Below, one piece after another: positions 40,558 to 49,705 of a DNA stretch of 64,000 nucleotides. The position numbers and the translations under genes are program-made. The notes beneath the pieces were generated by a model that was not told where the DNA came from, searched no databases, and saw only the letters and a program-made list of their open reading frames with translations. Each line of letters opens with the position of its first letter. Position 1 is the first letter of the stretch. Origin of the DNA: Treponema sp. (lineage in GTDB: Bacteria > Spirochaetota > Spirochaetia > Treponematales > Treponemataceae); contig JAZLGS010000025.1 of the NCBI GenBank assembly GCA_045616425.1, forward strand, positions 6,712-70,711. Direction: 5' to 3'.

Positions 40558-42141
40558 ATGATTTCTTGGGAAAACCTTGACAAGCTTCCTTCATTCAAAA
40601 AACTCCAGTCTTTGAAAGGCTCAGTTTCAGTTGCAAAAGAACTTTCAGCTCCAGATGCTGCAAAGCGTGTTGCTGAATATTCCATTCCAATGGGAGCAGG
40701 CCTTACATACAATTATGCTGCAAAGCAGGTAAACTCACAGGTTCTTTCCGTACTCAAGGAACTTGCAGAAGAAAGCCAGCTTCTTGAAAAATTTGAAGCA
40801 CTTTACAATGGTGATGTGATCAACACAGGAGAAAAGCGCATGGTACTTCACCAGCTTCTCCGTGGTCAGCTTGGAAAAGACGTTATGGCTGACGGTGTAA
40901 ACAAGCGTGAGTTCTACATCAACGAACAGAAGAAAATGGCAGATTTTGCAGACAAGGTTCACAATGGTGAAATCGTAAACGAAAAAGGCGAAAAATTCAC
41001 AACTGTATGCCAGATTGGTATCGGCGGATCTGACCTTGGTCCACGCGCAATCTACCTTGCACTGGAAAACTGGGCAAAGGCAAACAACACATTCAAGATG
41101 GAAGCAAAATTCATCTCCAATGTTGACCCGGACGATGCAGCTGCAGTATGTTCTTCAATCGACATTTCAAAGACAATCTTCATACTTGTTTCAAAATCAG
41201 GAACAACACTTGAAACACTTACAAACGAATCATTCGTAAAGGACTTCATCGTAAAGGCTGGATGCAATCCGACTAAGCACATGATTGCAGTTACATCTGA
41301 AACATCACCACTTGCAAAGAGCCCGGACTACCTTGCAGCATTCTTCATGGATGACTACATTGGCGGACGCTACTCTTCTTCTTCTGGTGTAGGCGGAGCA
41401 ATCCTTTCGCTGGCATTCGGACCGAAAGTATTTGCAGACTTCCTTGACGGTGCAGCAGAACAGGACAAGAACGCAACAGAGAAAGACATACTCAAGAATT
41501 CTTCACTCCTTGACGCTCTCATCGGTGTTTACGAAAGAAACGTTCAGGGATATCCTTCGACAACAGTTCTTCCATACTCACAGGCTCTTTCAAGATTCCC
41601 TGCACACCTCCAGCAGCTGGACATGGAATCAAACGGAAAGTCTGTAAACCGCTTCGGTGAAAAGATTGACTATGTTACAGGTCCTGTAATCTTTGGTGAA
41701 CCTGGAACAAACGGACAGCACTCATTCTACCAGCTTCTCCACCAGGGAACAGACATTGTTCCTCTACAGTTCATCGCATACAAGGAAAACCAGACTGGAA
41801 AAGATGTTATCATTGAAGACAGCACAAGCCAGAAGAAACTCTGCGCAAACGTAACTGCACAGATTATCGCCTTCGCATGCGGAAAGGACAATGAAAATCC
41901 GAATAAATTCTTTGCTGGTGAACGCCCGTCAAGCCTCATCTATGCAGATAAGGTAGAACCAAAAACAATCGGTGCCCTTCTTGCCCACTACGAAAACAAA
42001 GTAATGTTCCAGGGCTTCCTTTGGAACATCAACAGTTTTGACCAGGAAGGTGTACAGCTTGGTAAAGTATTGGCAAAAACAGTACTCTCCAAGAAGTACG
42101 ACGGTGCACTCAAAGCATACGCTGAAATCTTTGGACTTTAA
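40558..42141 (+). CDS. pgi: Glucose-6-phosphate isomerase
   Basis: IGIGGSDLG, VSKSGTT, GGRYS, GTNGQHSF, FDQEGVQLGK. Confidence 0.98.
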   Translation: MISWENLDKLPSFKKLQSLKGSVSVAKELSAPDAAKRVAEYSIPMGAGLTYNYAAKQVNSQVLSVLKELAEESQLLEKFEALYNGDVINTGEKRMVLHQLLRGQLGKDVMADGVNKREFYINEQKKMADFADKVHNGEIVNEKGEKFTTVCQIGIGGSDLGPRAIYLALENWAKANNTFKMEAKFISNVDPDDAAAVCSSIDISKTIFILVSKSGTTLETLTNESFVKDFIVKAGCNPTKHMIAVTSETSPLAKSPDYLAAFFMDDYIGGRYSSSSGVGGAILSLAFGPKVFADFLDGAAEQDKNATEKDILKNSSLLDALIGVYERNVQGYPSTTVLPYSQALSRFPAHLQQLDMESNGKSVNRFGEKIDYVTGPVIFGEPGTNGQHSFYQLLHQGTDIVPLQFIAYKENQTGKDVIIEDSTSQKKLCANVTAQIIAFACGKDNENPNKFFAGERPSSLIYADKVEPKTIGALLAHYENKVMFQGFLWNINSFDQEGVQLGKVLAKTVLSKKYDGALKAYAEIFGL

Positions 42142-42160
42142 AAGCAGGTTTTAAAACTTC

Positions 42161-42200
42161 AAGGGCTGTCTGATTTTTGAATCAGGCAGCCCTTTTTATT
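42161..42200 (+). terminator. Intrinsic terminator after pgi
   Basis: AAGGGCTGTCTGAT/ATCAGGCAGCCCTT stem followed by a T run. Confidence 0.75.
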
Positions 42201-42268
42201 TATTGAGGTTCAGAAAAAAAAATTGTAAAAAGGAAAAGTCACGACACCCCGACTTTATCCAGCATGAT

Positions 42269-43492
42269 TTAATATGTGACTGAAAGCTTTAATTCACAGA
42301 CAAATCCATATTTTTCAATCTTTCCATAATAAATCGGAAAACCTACCGAAAAGTCTGCATATTTCATTATATTGGCCACCGATACGCCCGGCGTTATGAG
42401 ACCGTAATCTTCATACCTGTCATGGAACCATTTGACCGCAAGCCCAAGGTCCCTTCCTGTATCACCGATAAAGTGTTTCCAGCCCAGTTCACCGGACCAA
42501 TAATGCTTTTCAGTATGAGGTGAAGAGCCACGTGGAAGAGGTTCATTATATATGTATTGATATTCCAGCCTTGCACCAAGTCTTACAGGTTCCTTTATAT
42601 ATTCATATATACCGCCATGAAATTTCATGCGTGTAGTTGAAAAATTATCACCCCTGCTGTTGATGTTGAAATTTCCCTGGAAAAAAAACTGACTTTTGAA
42701 AACATCGCTGTCAACAGGGGTTCCCTGGAACTCCAATCCGATGACTGGATCATATGCCTGATTATCATTGTAAGCCCAGCTTCTGCCAAAAATAGTAACT
42801 GCAAAACGGCCAATTTTCGTTTCTATGCGGCCTGCATAGGAAAGGTCATCAGGTGTATATTTTCCGTTATTAAGATAATTTTTGTAAAATACAAGCCCTG
42901 TAAAAGTAACGTATGGTGGAAAAGGCACAATGACAGCCACGGTAAATTTACTTTTTTCAAGTTCATAATTGTCTTTGTTAAGGATTTTCTCAGGATCAAT
43001 TACAGTATCACTCTGGTCATCAAGTATATTTGTATCCAGAATGCTGTCAAATCCCCAGGAAAGGTTACGCTGGCCGGCGCTTATAGTAAGACGTCCGTAG
43101 GGTGTGTAGTTAAAAAAAAGTTCATACAGGCCGATTTTCATATCAGGAAACTCTGTAAGAAGTGAGCCTTCCATATGAAACCAGCCGTCAGAAGTATTTG
43201 ATATGAATCCGAGCTTATTCTGGAATACCGCTCCAGGTTCATTAGCCCTCGGATAAAACCATATGTATCCGCCAAGACGTGTATCATTTACACCGGTAAA
43301 AGTAATCCCCTTTTTCTTTTCATCTGTCTGCTGAACCGGAGGAGTTTTTACAACCGGATCAACATCCACAGCAGTATCAAAAAGGGAATCGATGTCACCA
43401 CCTTCAGATTCCACATCCTGGGAAAATGCAGACATGCAGAGAACGGATAAAAATGCGGCAGATAATACAATCTGCCTGAAAACTTTTTTCAT
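42269..43492 (-). CDS. Hypothetical secreted protein, probable outer-membrane beta-barrel
   Basis: Signal peptide, alternating beta-strand patterns, C-terminal ELKLSVTY ending in an aromatic residue. Confidence 0.65.
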   Translation of the reverse strand: MKKVFRQIVLSAAFLSVLCMSAFSQDVESEGGDIDSLFDTAVDVDPVVKTPPVQQTDEKKKGITFTGVNDTRLGGYIWFYPRANEPGAVFQNKLGFISNTSDGWFHMEGSLLTEFPDMKIGLYELFFNYTPYGRLTISAGQRNLSWGFDSILDTNILDDQSDTVIDPEKILNKDNYELEKSKFTVAVIVPFPPYVTFTGLVFYKNYLNNGKYTPDDLSYAGRIETKIGRFAVTIFGRSWAYNDNQAYDPVIGLEFQGTPVDSDVFKSQFFFQGNFNINSRGDNFSTTRMKFHGGIYEYIKEPVRLGARLEYQYIYNEPLPRGSSPHTEKHYWSGELGWKHFIGDTGRDLGLAVKWFHDRYEDYGLITPGVSVANIMKYADFSVGFPIYYGKIEKYGFVCELKLSVTY

Positions 43493-44260
43493 TTAGTCAC
43501 TCATATTTTCAAGAAATTGTTTTGAGTATACTATATCGCCCTGCTTTTGAAAAGACACATTCGAAATAGAAAGCTGGGTCTTTTCATACTGCATTTTACC
43601 GTTGATTTTCTGACCGCGCAGGTTATCCACAACAACCATGTTGGCAGGAATAGAACGGCCGCTAAGCTTCTGATAGCTGGGAATTGCAGTAGTACGGAGA
43701 AGCTGTCCGGAAAGGCTGTAGTCTTCACGCTTCCTTATAAGCATATCGTCTTTGCTGACCCAGAGCTTGATTTCAGGATAATCAACATTCTTTGAAGTTG
43801 CCTTCAGGTCAAAGAAAATACAGTTGAAGTTTCCAAGTTTTTCTTCTGAAACTGATTCAACCTTATAGTTTTCCGAATAATTCTGCGGACCAAGGTCACT
43901 GTTGTTAAAGTTGGTATTATTGAACCTGTTTTTTGCAGAAGTATATGTAAACTGCTTGTCATGGGGATCATACATCCAGATATTGTTGTCATACTGAACA
44001 TATCCTTTTCCACGGTCAGCTTCCGGTCCGGTAATAAGGATGGTATACATAGATTTGGAATCCCGGCGGTACATTGTAGCTTCTGTAATTGAACGTCCAC
44101 CACCCAGCTTTTCCTGAACCATGACATAATTTGCAGTAAAATCCACACCTTTATATGCCGTATTTGCATCAACCTGCTTTAACATTTTTTCTGCATTTGA
44201 CTCTGCAAAAAGTGAGACTGCTGTAAACATAAACAACGCAATCAACGAAATCTTTTTCAT
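43493..44260 (-). CDS. Outer membrane lipoprotein-sorting protein (LolA-like fold)
   Basis: Signal peptide; G.GY...DNNIWMY, F.NTNFNNSDL, KLWVSKD...KREDYSLSG.LLRT patterns typical of this family. Confidence 0.85.
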   Translation of the reverse strand: MKKISLIALFMFTAVSLFAESNAEKMLKQVDANTAYKGVDFTANYVMVQEKLGGGRSITEATMYRRDSKSMYTILITGPEADRGKGYVQYDNNIWMYDPHDKQFTYTSAKNRFNNTNFNNSDLGPQNYSENYKVESVSEEKLGNFNCIFFDLKATSKNVDYPEIKLWVSKDDMLIRKREDYSLSGQLLRTTAIPSYQKLSGRSIPANMVVVDNLRGQKINGKMQYEKTQLSISNVSFQKQGDIVYSKQFLENMSD

Positions 44261-44281
44261 AAAATCTCCTGTTATAATCCT

Positions 44282-44397
44282 GGCATCTCTAAAAAATAAA
44301 TTTCCGAGAAACTTTAGAGTTTTTCACCCTGAGATTGCAAGGTTCAAAAACTGCACTTCAAAAGTTACTTCTGTAAATTGCAATTTACAGAGTTTTC
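44282..44397. repeat. Intergenic repeat family B (full-length)
   Basis: Collinear with 17971-18086. Confidence 0.75.
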
Positions 44398-44412
44398 TTT
44401 ATTTTCTTTAGG

Positions 44413-45699
44413 TTAAACTGTCGCTGCAATAGCTCCAACGGGGCTTATGTGAATCAGCTTACGCAAAGTAAACAAGACAGCACCCAGAGTAGTTACTAAA
44501 ATTACACCGATAAGGAAAATAACTTCAGGAAAAACAAAAACAGGCGCAAGACAACCACCAGTCAGGAACATATCAAAACCGGAAATAAATGAAAGATTAA
44601 AGGTCGAAGCAACTTTTACGACTATTAATGAAGCAATCATTCCAGAAATACATCCTGAAAGGAGCAGGAGCAGGACTTCCGTAAAATATATGCCCATAAG
44701 GCCAGCCGGCTTCATTCCCAAAGCACGGAAAGTACCGCTTTCTACAGTACGTTTCATTACGATTACACGGAAAGTGCTGCTGATACCTACGGAAATTATG
44801 ATGACCAGAAGCACCACGATTATCAGTACGATACCCCGGAGTGCCTGCACAAGAAGCCGCAGGTCAGAAACATTTGCATCCAGCGGGATAATTCCGTAAA
44901 GAGGCTCTTCTGAATGCTTTATGGCATCGTAAAAATCATTTTTATTGCTGCTGAGCGGAAACATGGGAATCAGTTTTTCAAGCCCAGCCTGTATTTTCTG
45001 TAATTCTGAATGAGTCAGGATTCCTTCGGTATAATAAACACAGATTTTGTTAACCACGAGTTCAGGAAGATCCAACGCCTTCATGAGGCCCCGGATATCA
45101 ACATATGAAGTATACATACCGAAAATGCTGGAATCCTGGAAAATGCCGGTCACTTCAAGGGGAACCGTATTTTTGTATCCGTCATTCGTAGAAATGAACA
45201 GTGTGATTTCATCACCGATATGAACGCCAAGTTTTTTGGCAATAGGTTCAGAAAGTATGACAGTATCACCGGATTCCGTTGCTACCGCATTACCTTCAAT
45301 GAAAGTAAATTTCGAAAAAAGTGCTTTTTCAGCTTCAAAATCAACCCCCTGAATGACGCGCTGCCTTACACTGGCACCTTCAAAATAATAGCTTTCGTTC
45401 CTTGCATCGTAATTATAACGCATGGAAACTGCAGCCTTTGCAGGGAGCACAGATTTCAATGCCTCAACAGCCTGGACTGATTCGGAGGCCGGATGCACAA
45501 GGTGAAGCCCTCCCAGAAGCTGGAAGTCACCGCCATAATACTGCCTGGCCTTTTCGTTCATGGAAACAAGCATTCCGTCTGTCACCATAAGTACGGAAAG
45601 CATTATGCAGACACCGACAGCACATACAGAAAACAGCGAACGGTACTGCCTCGCACGGCTGATCAGGGAATTTAACGCAAAACGGAAATAGAACATCAT
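44413..45699 (-). CDS. FtsX/MacB/LolC-like ABC permease
   Basis: TM1, large periplasmic domain, then 3 TMs; KRTVESGTFRALG. Start placed at 45699 (ATGA overlap). Confidence 0.9.
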   Translation of the reverse strand: MMFYFRFALNSLISRARQYRSLFSVCAVGVCIMLSVLMVTDGMLVSMNEKARQYYGGDFQLLGGLHLVHPASESVQAVEALKSVLPAKAAVSMRYNYDARNESYYFEGASVRQRVIQGVDFEAEKALFSKFTFIEGNAVATESGDTVILSEPIAKKLGVHIGDEITLFISTNDGYKNTVPLEVTGIFQDSSIFGMYTSYVDIRGLMKALDLPELVVNKICVYYTEGILTHSELQKIQAGLEKLIPMFPLSSNKNDFYDAIKHSEEPLYGIIPLDANVSDLRLLVQALRGIVLIIVVLLVIIISVGISSTFRVIVMKRTVESGTFRALGMKPAGLMGIYFTEVLLLLLSGCISGMIASLIVVKVASTFNLSFISGFDMFLTGGCLAPVFVFPEVIFLIGVILVTTLGAVLFTLRKLIHISPVGAIAATV

Positions 45700-47174
45700 C
45701 TGACAGCCTCCATAGCCATTACAGGACTTGTAGACAGGGCAATGCGGACAGGATAAAGCCATCCGATTATTGCAAGGATCAGGGAAAGCCCCATGCCTTT
45801 CATCAGGTTGACGGCGGTAATTACGGTCTTAAGCTGACGGCCTCCAAAAAGCTGTATGAGATATGTGTTTGAAAATTCAATGCCGCTGGAAACCATAAGT
45901 GAATTTCCAAAAATTCCCAGAAGGCATCCTATGAGTCCGGCAGAAAGGGTCAGCATGAGCGTTTCAAAAAGATATTCAATGCCGACAAATCTACGGCCTG
46001 CCCCTATTGCCCTGAGCACTCCGGTTTCCTTTGTCCGGTCCAGGGCGGCAATTACAAGGGTATTATTTACGACGATAAATCCGGTACCGATTATGATTAT
46101 TATCCCGATGTTGAAAATAAGGCGCATCCAGTAAATATACTGGGCCGCCATACCGGCCGCAGTACGCCAGTCAACAGCCTGTACAGCAAGTTCATTACGT
46201 ACAAAATACCGGTTCAAGCGGCGCACCAGAAGTTTTGCAGGAACACCATCTTCTACGTCACAGACAATGTAGTTCCATACAGTTTCATCGGAATTATTTT
46301 TTTCAACCTGGCCTGAAGGTTCAGGAACCGACTGGAGTGATTCCTTCTTAGCTTCAATCGACTGGTCTGCTGAATCAGAAAGCATGGAATCTTCTATGGA
46401 TGCATCACCAAAAAGATCATCGATGGAATCAAAACCGTCCAGAAGGCCGGAATTTGATTCATCAAAAAGACTTTCATCTATTGATGTCGAAACCATACCG
46501 ATAAGGGAACGCAATACAGAAGGATTTACAAGGACAATCTTATCCTGTATGTCATTTTCAACGGAATATTCATAAATGGCACTGACTTCTGCCGCACGCA
46601 ATGTATAGGATGAACCGTTGGAAGAAATAAGCTGTACGGTATCTCCGACCTTTACATCCCTGTCTGTGGCATTCCTGATGATTTTCAGCACCTGGGTAGA
46701 AAGCATTATCTTGTTTTCATCCGGGCCATAAGGTTCACCTTCAAGGATGCGGATTCCTTCCATAAGGCTGCCGTAACGTTTTCCATCTACACCAAACATA
46801 TAGACCGGGACGTTATCATCACCAAAGCGGAGGACCGCCTGCCCGGTAATCTGCGGCACGGCTGCCTTTATTCCGGGAACGGAAGAAACATAACCGTAAA
46901 TCTGGGTGTAGGGAACAATCTGCGGAAGTTCAGAAAGGCTTCCTGTAACCGGTGTTTCATCACCAAAAAGACTCATGGGGAAATCAGCCTTAGGCCTTAT
47001 TACAATATCCCCGGTAAAATTACTGCTGAAAGTCTTTTCAATCCCCGTACCAGTCCCGTCAAACACGGCATTGGCCATTACGAGCACTGCAATGGAAAAT
47101 GCAATGAACAGTACGATTACGAGGGAACTTTTCCTTGAAATTATATTCTTGAAGGCAAGGCGCAGTGCAAACAT
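45696..47174 (-). CDS. FtsX/MacB/LolC-like ABC permease with acidic periplasmic insertion
   Basis: DRTKETGVLRAIG; 4-TM topology. Confidence 0.9.
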   Translation of the reverse strand: MFALRLAFKNIISRKSSLVIVLFIAFSIAVLVMANAVFDGTGTGIEKTFSSNFTGDIVIRPKADFPMSLFGDETPVTGSLSELPQIVPYTQIYGYVSSVPGIKAAVPQITGQAVLRFGDDNVPVYMFGVDGKRYGSLMEGIRILEGEPYGPDENKIMLSTQVLKIIRNATDRDVKVGDTVQLISSNGSSYTLRAAEVSAIYEYSVENDIQDKIVLVNPSVLRSLIGMVSTSIDESLFDESNSGLLDGFDSIDDLFGDASIEDSMLSDSADQSIEAKKESLQSVPEPSGQVEKNNSDETVWNYIVCDVEDGVPAKLLVRRLNRYFVRNELAVQAVDWRTAAGMAAQYIYWMRLIFNIGIIIIIGTGFIVVNNTLVIAALDRTKETGVLRAIGAGRRFVGIEYLFETLMLTLSAGLIGCLLGIFGNSLMVSSGIEFSNTYLIQLFGGRQLKTVITAVNLMKGMGLSLILAIIGWLYPVRIALSTSPVMAMEAVR

Positions 47175-48142
47175 CAGTTGCTGTACCTGTTCTTGAAATC
47201 TTCGTAAGAAATCCTGATGCCATCCTTAAAACCTGTAGAAGCCTTCCAGCCAAGGGCTTCAAGGCGTGATACGTCACAAAGTTTTTTTGGAGTTCCATTA
47301 GGTTTTGAAGGATCCCATTCCATCCTGCATGTGCGTCCAGGGACATCTTCGTAAACCACGTCCCGCACAAGTTCAGCAACAGCCTTGATCGTCTGGTCAG
47401 TACCGGTTCCTACATTCACAAAGTCCCCGGTTTCACAGCGCAGGTCCTTTGCATCACAGTTTTCCATAAGGTAAACGACTGCATCAGCCAGGTCTTCGCT
47501 GTAAAGGAATTCGCGCTCAGGAGAACCGTCGCCCCAGAGATGGACCACATCTTCCCCGCTGGCTTTAGCTTCGTGGAATTTGCGGATCATGGCAGGAAGC
47601 ACATGGGATCCCTGGAGGTCATAATTATCCCCAGGTCCGTAAAGGTTCGTAGGCATTACGGAAAGGTAGTTTGTACCATATTCAATATTATACTTTGTAC
47701 AGAGCTTGATTACGGAAATCTTTGCAATTGCATATGCATCATTTGTAGGTTCAAGCTGGCCTGTAAGGAGGTATTCTTCTTTAAGAGGCTGTGGAGCCAT
47801 CTTCGGATAGATGCATGTTGAACCCAGGTTCATGAGCTTTTTAACACCACTCTGATAAGCAGCCTCAACGATATTAAAACCGATCATCATATTCTGGTAA
47901 ATGAAGGCAGCAGGATGGGTAGAGTTTGCACCGATGCCGCCTACGTGGGCAGCTGCAAGGAAAACATATTCAGGCTTTTCTTTTGCAAAGAATTCATTTA
48001 CAGCAGCCTGATTTGTAAGGTCGAGTTCAGAATGAGTACGGGTAATGATGTTTGTATAACCTTTTGCAGTAAGGTTTCTGTAAATTGCACTGCCGACAAG
48101 ACCACGGTGTCCGGCAACAAAGATTTTAGCATTTTTTTCCAT
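47174..48142 (-). CDS. fcl: GDP-L-fucose synthase
   Basis: GHRGLVG, LGSTCIYP, YAIAK, PTNLYG, SHVLPAMI, GTPKK. Confidence 0.95.
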   Translation of the reverse strand: MEKNAKIFVAGHRGLVGSAIYRNLTAKGYTNIITRTHSELDLTNQAAVNEFFAKEKPEYVFLAAAHVGGIGANSTHPAAFIYQNMMIGFNIVEAAYQSGVKKLMNLGSTCIYPKMAPQPLKEEYLLTGQLEPTNDAYAIAKISVIKLCTKYNIEYGTNYLSVMPTNLYGPGDNYDLQGSHVLPAMIRKFHEAKASGEDVVHLWGDGSPEREFLYSEDLADAVVYLMENCDAKDLRCETGDFVNVGTGTDQTIKAVAELVRDVVYEDVPGRTCRMEWDPSKPNGTPKKLCDVSRLEALGWKASTGFKDGIRISYEDFKNRYSN

Positions 48143-48226
48143 AACTAATTACTCCAATTATCCATGCATTTTATAATATTTAAGTTTTTTTGTATAGCTT
48201 GACACGGCATACAAAAACCACCGGCA

Positions 48227-49540
48227 TCATTTCCAGACAAACCACAGGAAGGCAGAAGCAGCAGCTACCGTAATCAAAGTGAACGGACCGCACACCCTGA
48301 GCCAGCCGGAAAAACCGGCGGGATGCCCTTCCTTTTTCAATATCCCCGAAGCAACCACATTTGCAGATGCACCAAAAGGCGTCAGGTTTCCGCCAAGGCA
48401 GCTTCCGGTAAGCAGTGCGAACATGAAAAGCTCCCGGTGCACTCCGGTTGAAGAAGCAAGGCTGTCTGCCACAGGAAGCATCACGATTATGTAAGGCACA
48501 TTATCCACGAATCCTGAAATGAATATGGAAACCAAAAGTATCAGCAGGAATCCGCAGATTTTTGAACCGCCGGTAATACGCTCAAGGAATACGGCAAAAT
48601 CGGAAAGGAGCCCTGCTTCACTTACGGCCCCTACCACAACGAAGATTCCCGTAAGGAAACCGATGGTCTCCCAGTCCAGTTCCCTGAGCAATGCCTTTAC
48701 ACCGGCACTCCCCTGCCGGCAGGCCAACCAGTACCACAATATGCCGGCAATCCCGAGTGCAAAGACAAAAAGCCCTGATGCGTAACCGGCTTCGATGTGC
48801 AGGAAAGAAATGGCAGCAAGTCCGGTAATCATCAGCAGCAGAAGGATCAATGGAACGGAAGAAACGACCTTTACAGGCTGGACGGCCACCTTCTCCTTTG
48901 CGTTCCTGAAATAAATATAGAAAAAAACACAGCCTGCCAGCATTCCGGTCTGGATTACAAAGAAAATCGACGGCCGGCCGGCGTAAACGAAAAAGTCATT
49001 GAAGGTATAGCCGGCATAACTTGCAAAAATCATGCTTGGAGGATCACCTACAAGTGTTGCGGTCCCTTCAAGGTTTGACATTACGGCAAGTCCCAGAAGG
49101 AATACGGTGGGATTCAGCCTGAGTTTTTTACAGAGGGACAGCGCAATCGGGGCCATTACAAGGACGGTTGCCACATTCTCAACGAAAATGGAAATGATTC
49201 CAGTCATGGCAAGGATCAGGACGATTGCAATTCCGGTGGAAGGGGATTTCCCAACAATGAAGTCAGCAATCCTTGAAGGCATTTTTGAATAGATGAAAAG
49301 CGCGGCAATGACCATGCTTCCCACATAAATCATGAGTACGTTCCAGTTTATGAGTTCAATGAAAAGGTGCATAAAAAGGCGCCGGCCGTCAGGACGGAAA
49401 ACCAATCCCGGGAAACAGAAACCGGCAGCGGCAAGCACCAGGGCAGCAGCAGTCGTAAACCAGACTTTCTTTTCCTGAAACAGTATCACAAGGAGATACA
49501 TCAGGAGTGCGGTAAACAAGACGAATATTTTAAGGTTCAT
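48227..49540 (-). CDS. SLC13/ArsB/NhaD-family permease
   Basis: FVENVATV, ATLVGDPPS, VDNVP, GGNLTPFGASAN; about 12 TMs. Confidence 0.9.
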   Translation of the reverse strand: MNLKIFVLFTALLMYLLVILFQEKKVWFTTAAALVLAAAGFCFPGLVFRPDGRRLFMHLFIELINWNVLMIYVGSMVIAALFIYSKMPSRIADFIVGKSPSTGIAIVLILAMTGIISIFVENVATVLVMAPIALSLCKKLRLNPTVFLLGLAVMSNLEGTATLVGDPPSMIFASYAGYTFNDFFVYAGRPSIFFVIQTGMLAGCVFFYIYFRNAKEKVAVQPVKVVSSVPLILLLLMITGLAAISFLHIEAGYASGLFVFALGIAGILWYWLACRQGSAGVKALLRELDWETIGFLTGIFVVVGAVSEAGLLSDFAVFLERITGGSKICGFLLILLVSIFISGFVDNVPYIIVMLPVADSLASSTGVHRELFMFALLTGSCLGGNLTPFGASANVVASGILKKEGHPAGFSGWLRVCGPFTLITVAAASAFLWFVWK

Positions 49541-49705
49541 TACTGAAAAATTAACACAGCAGAATCAAAATATCAATTGCAGTAAAACACAATAATCTTG
49601 AATATATGCCGGAAAAATATTATTATTTATCATGAACCGAAATATTGGTCTGCCGGAATGACGCCGCAAGACGGAACCGGCAAATAATTTTATACAGGAG
49701 CTCGT

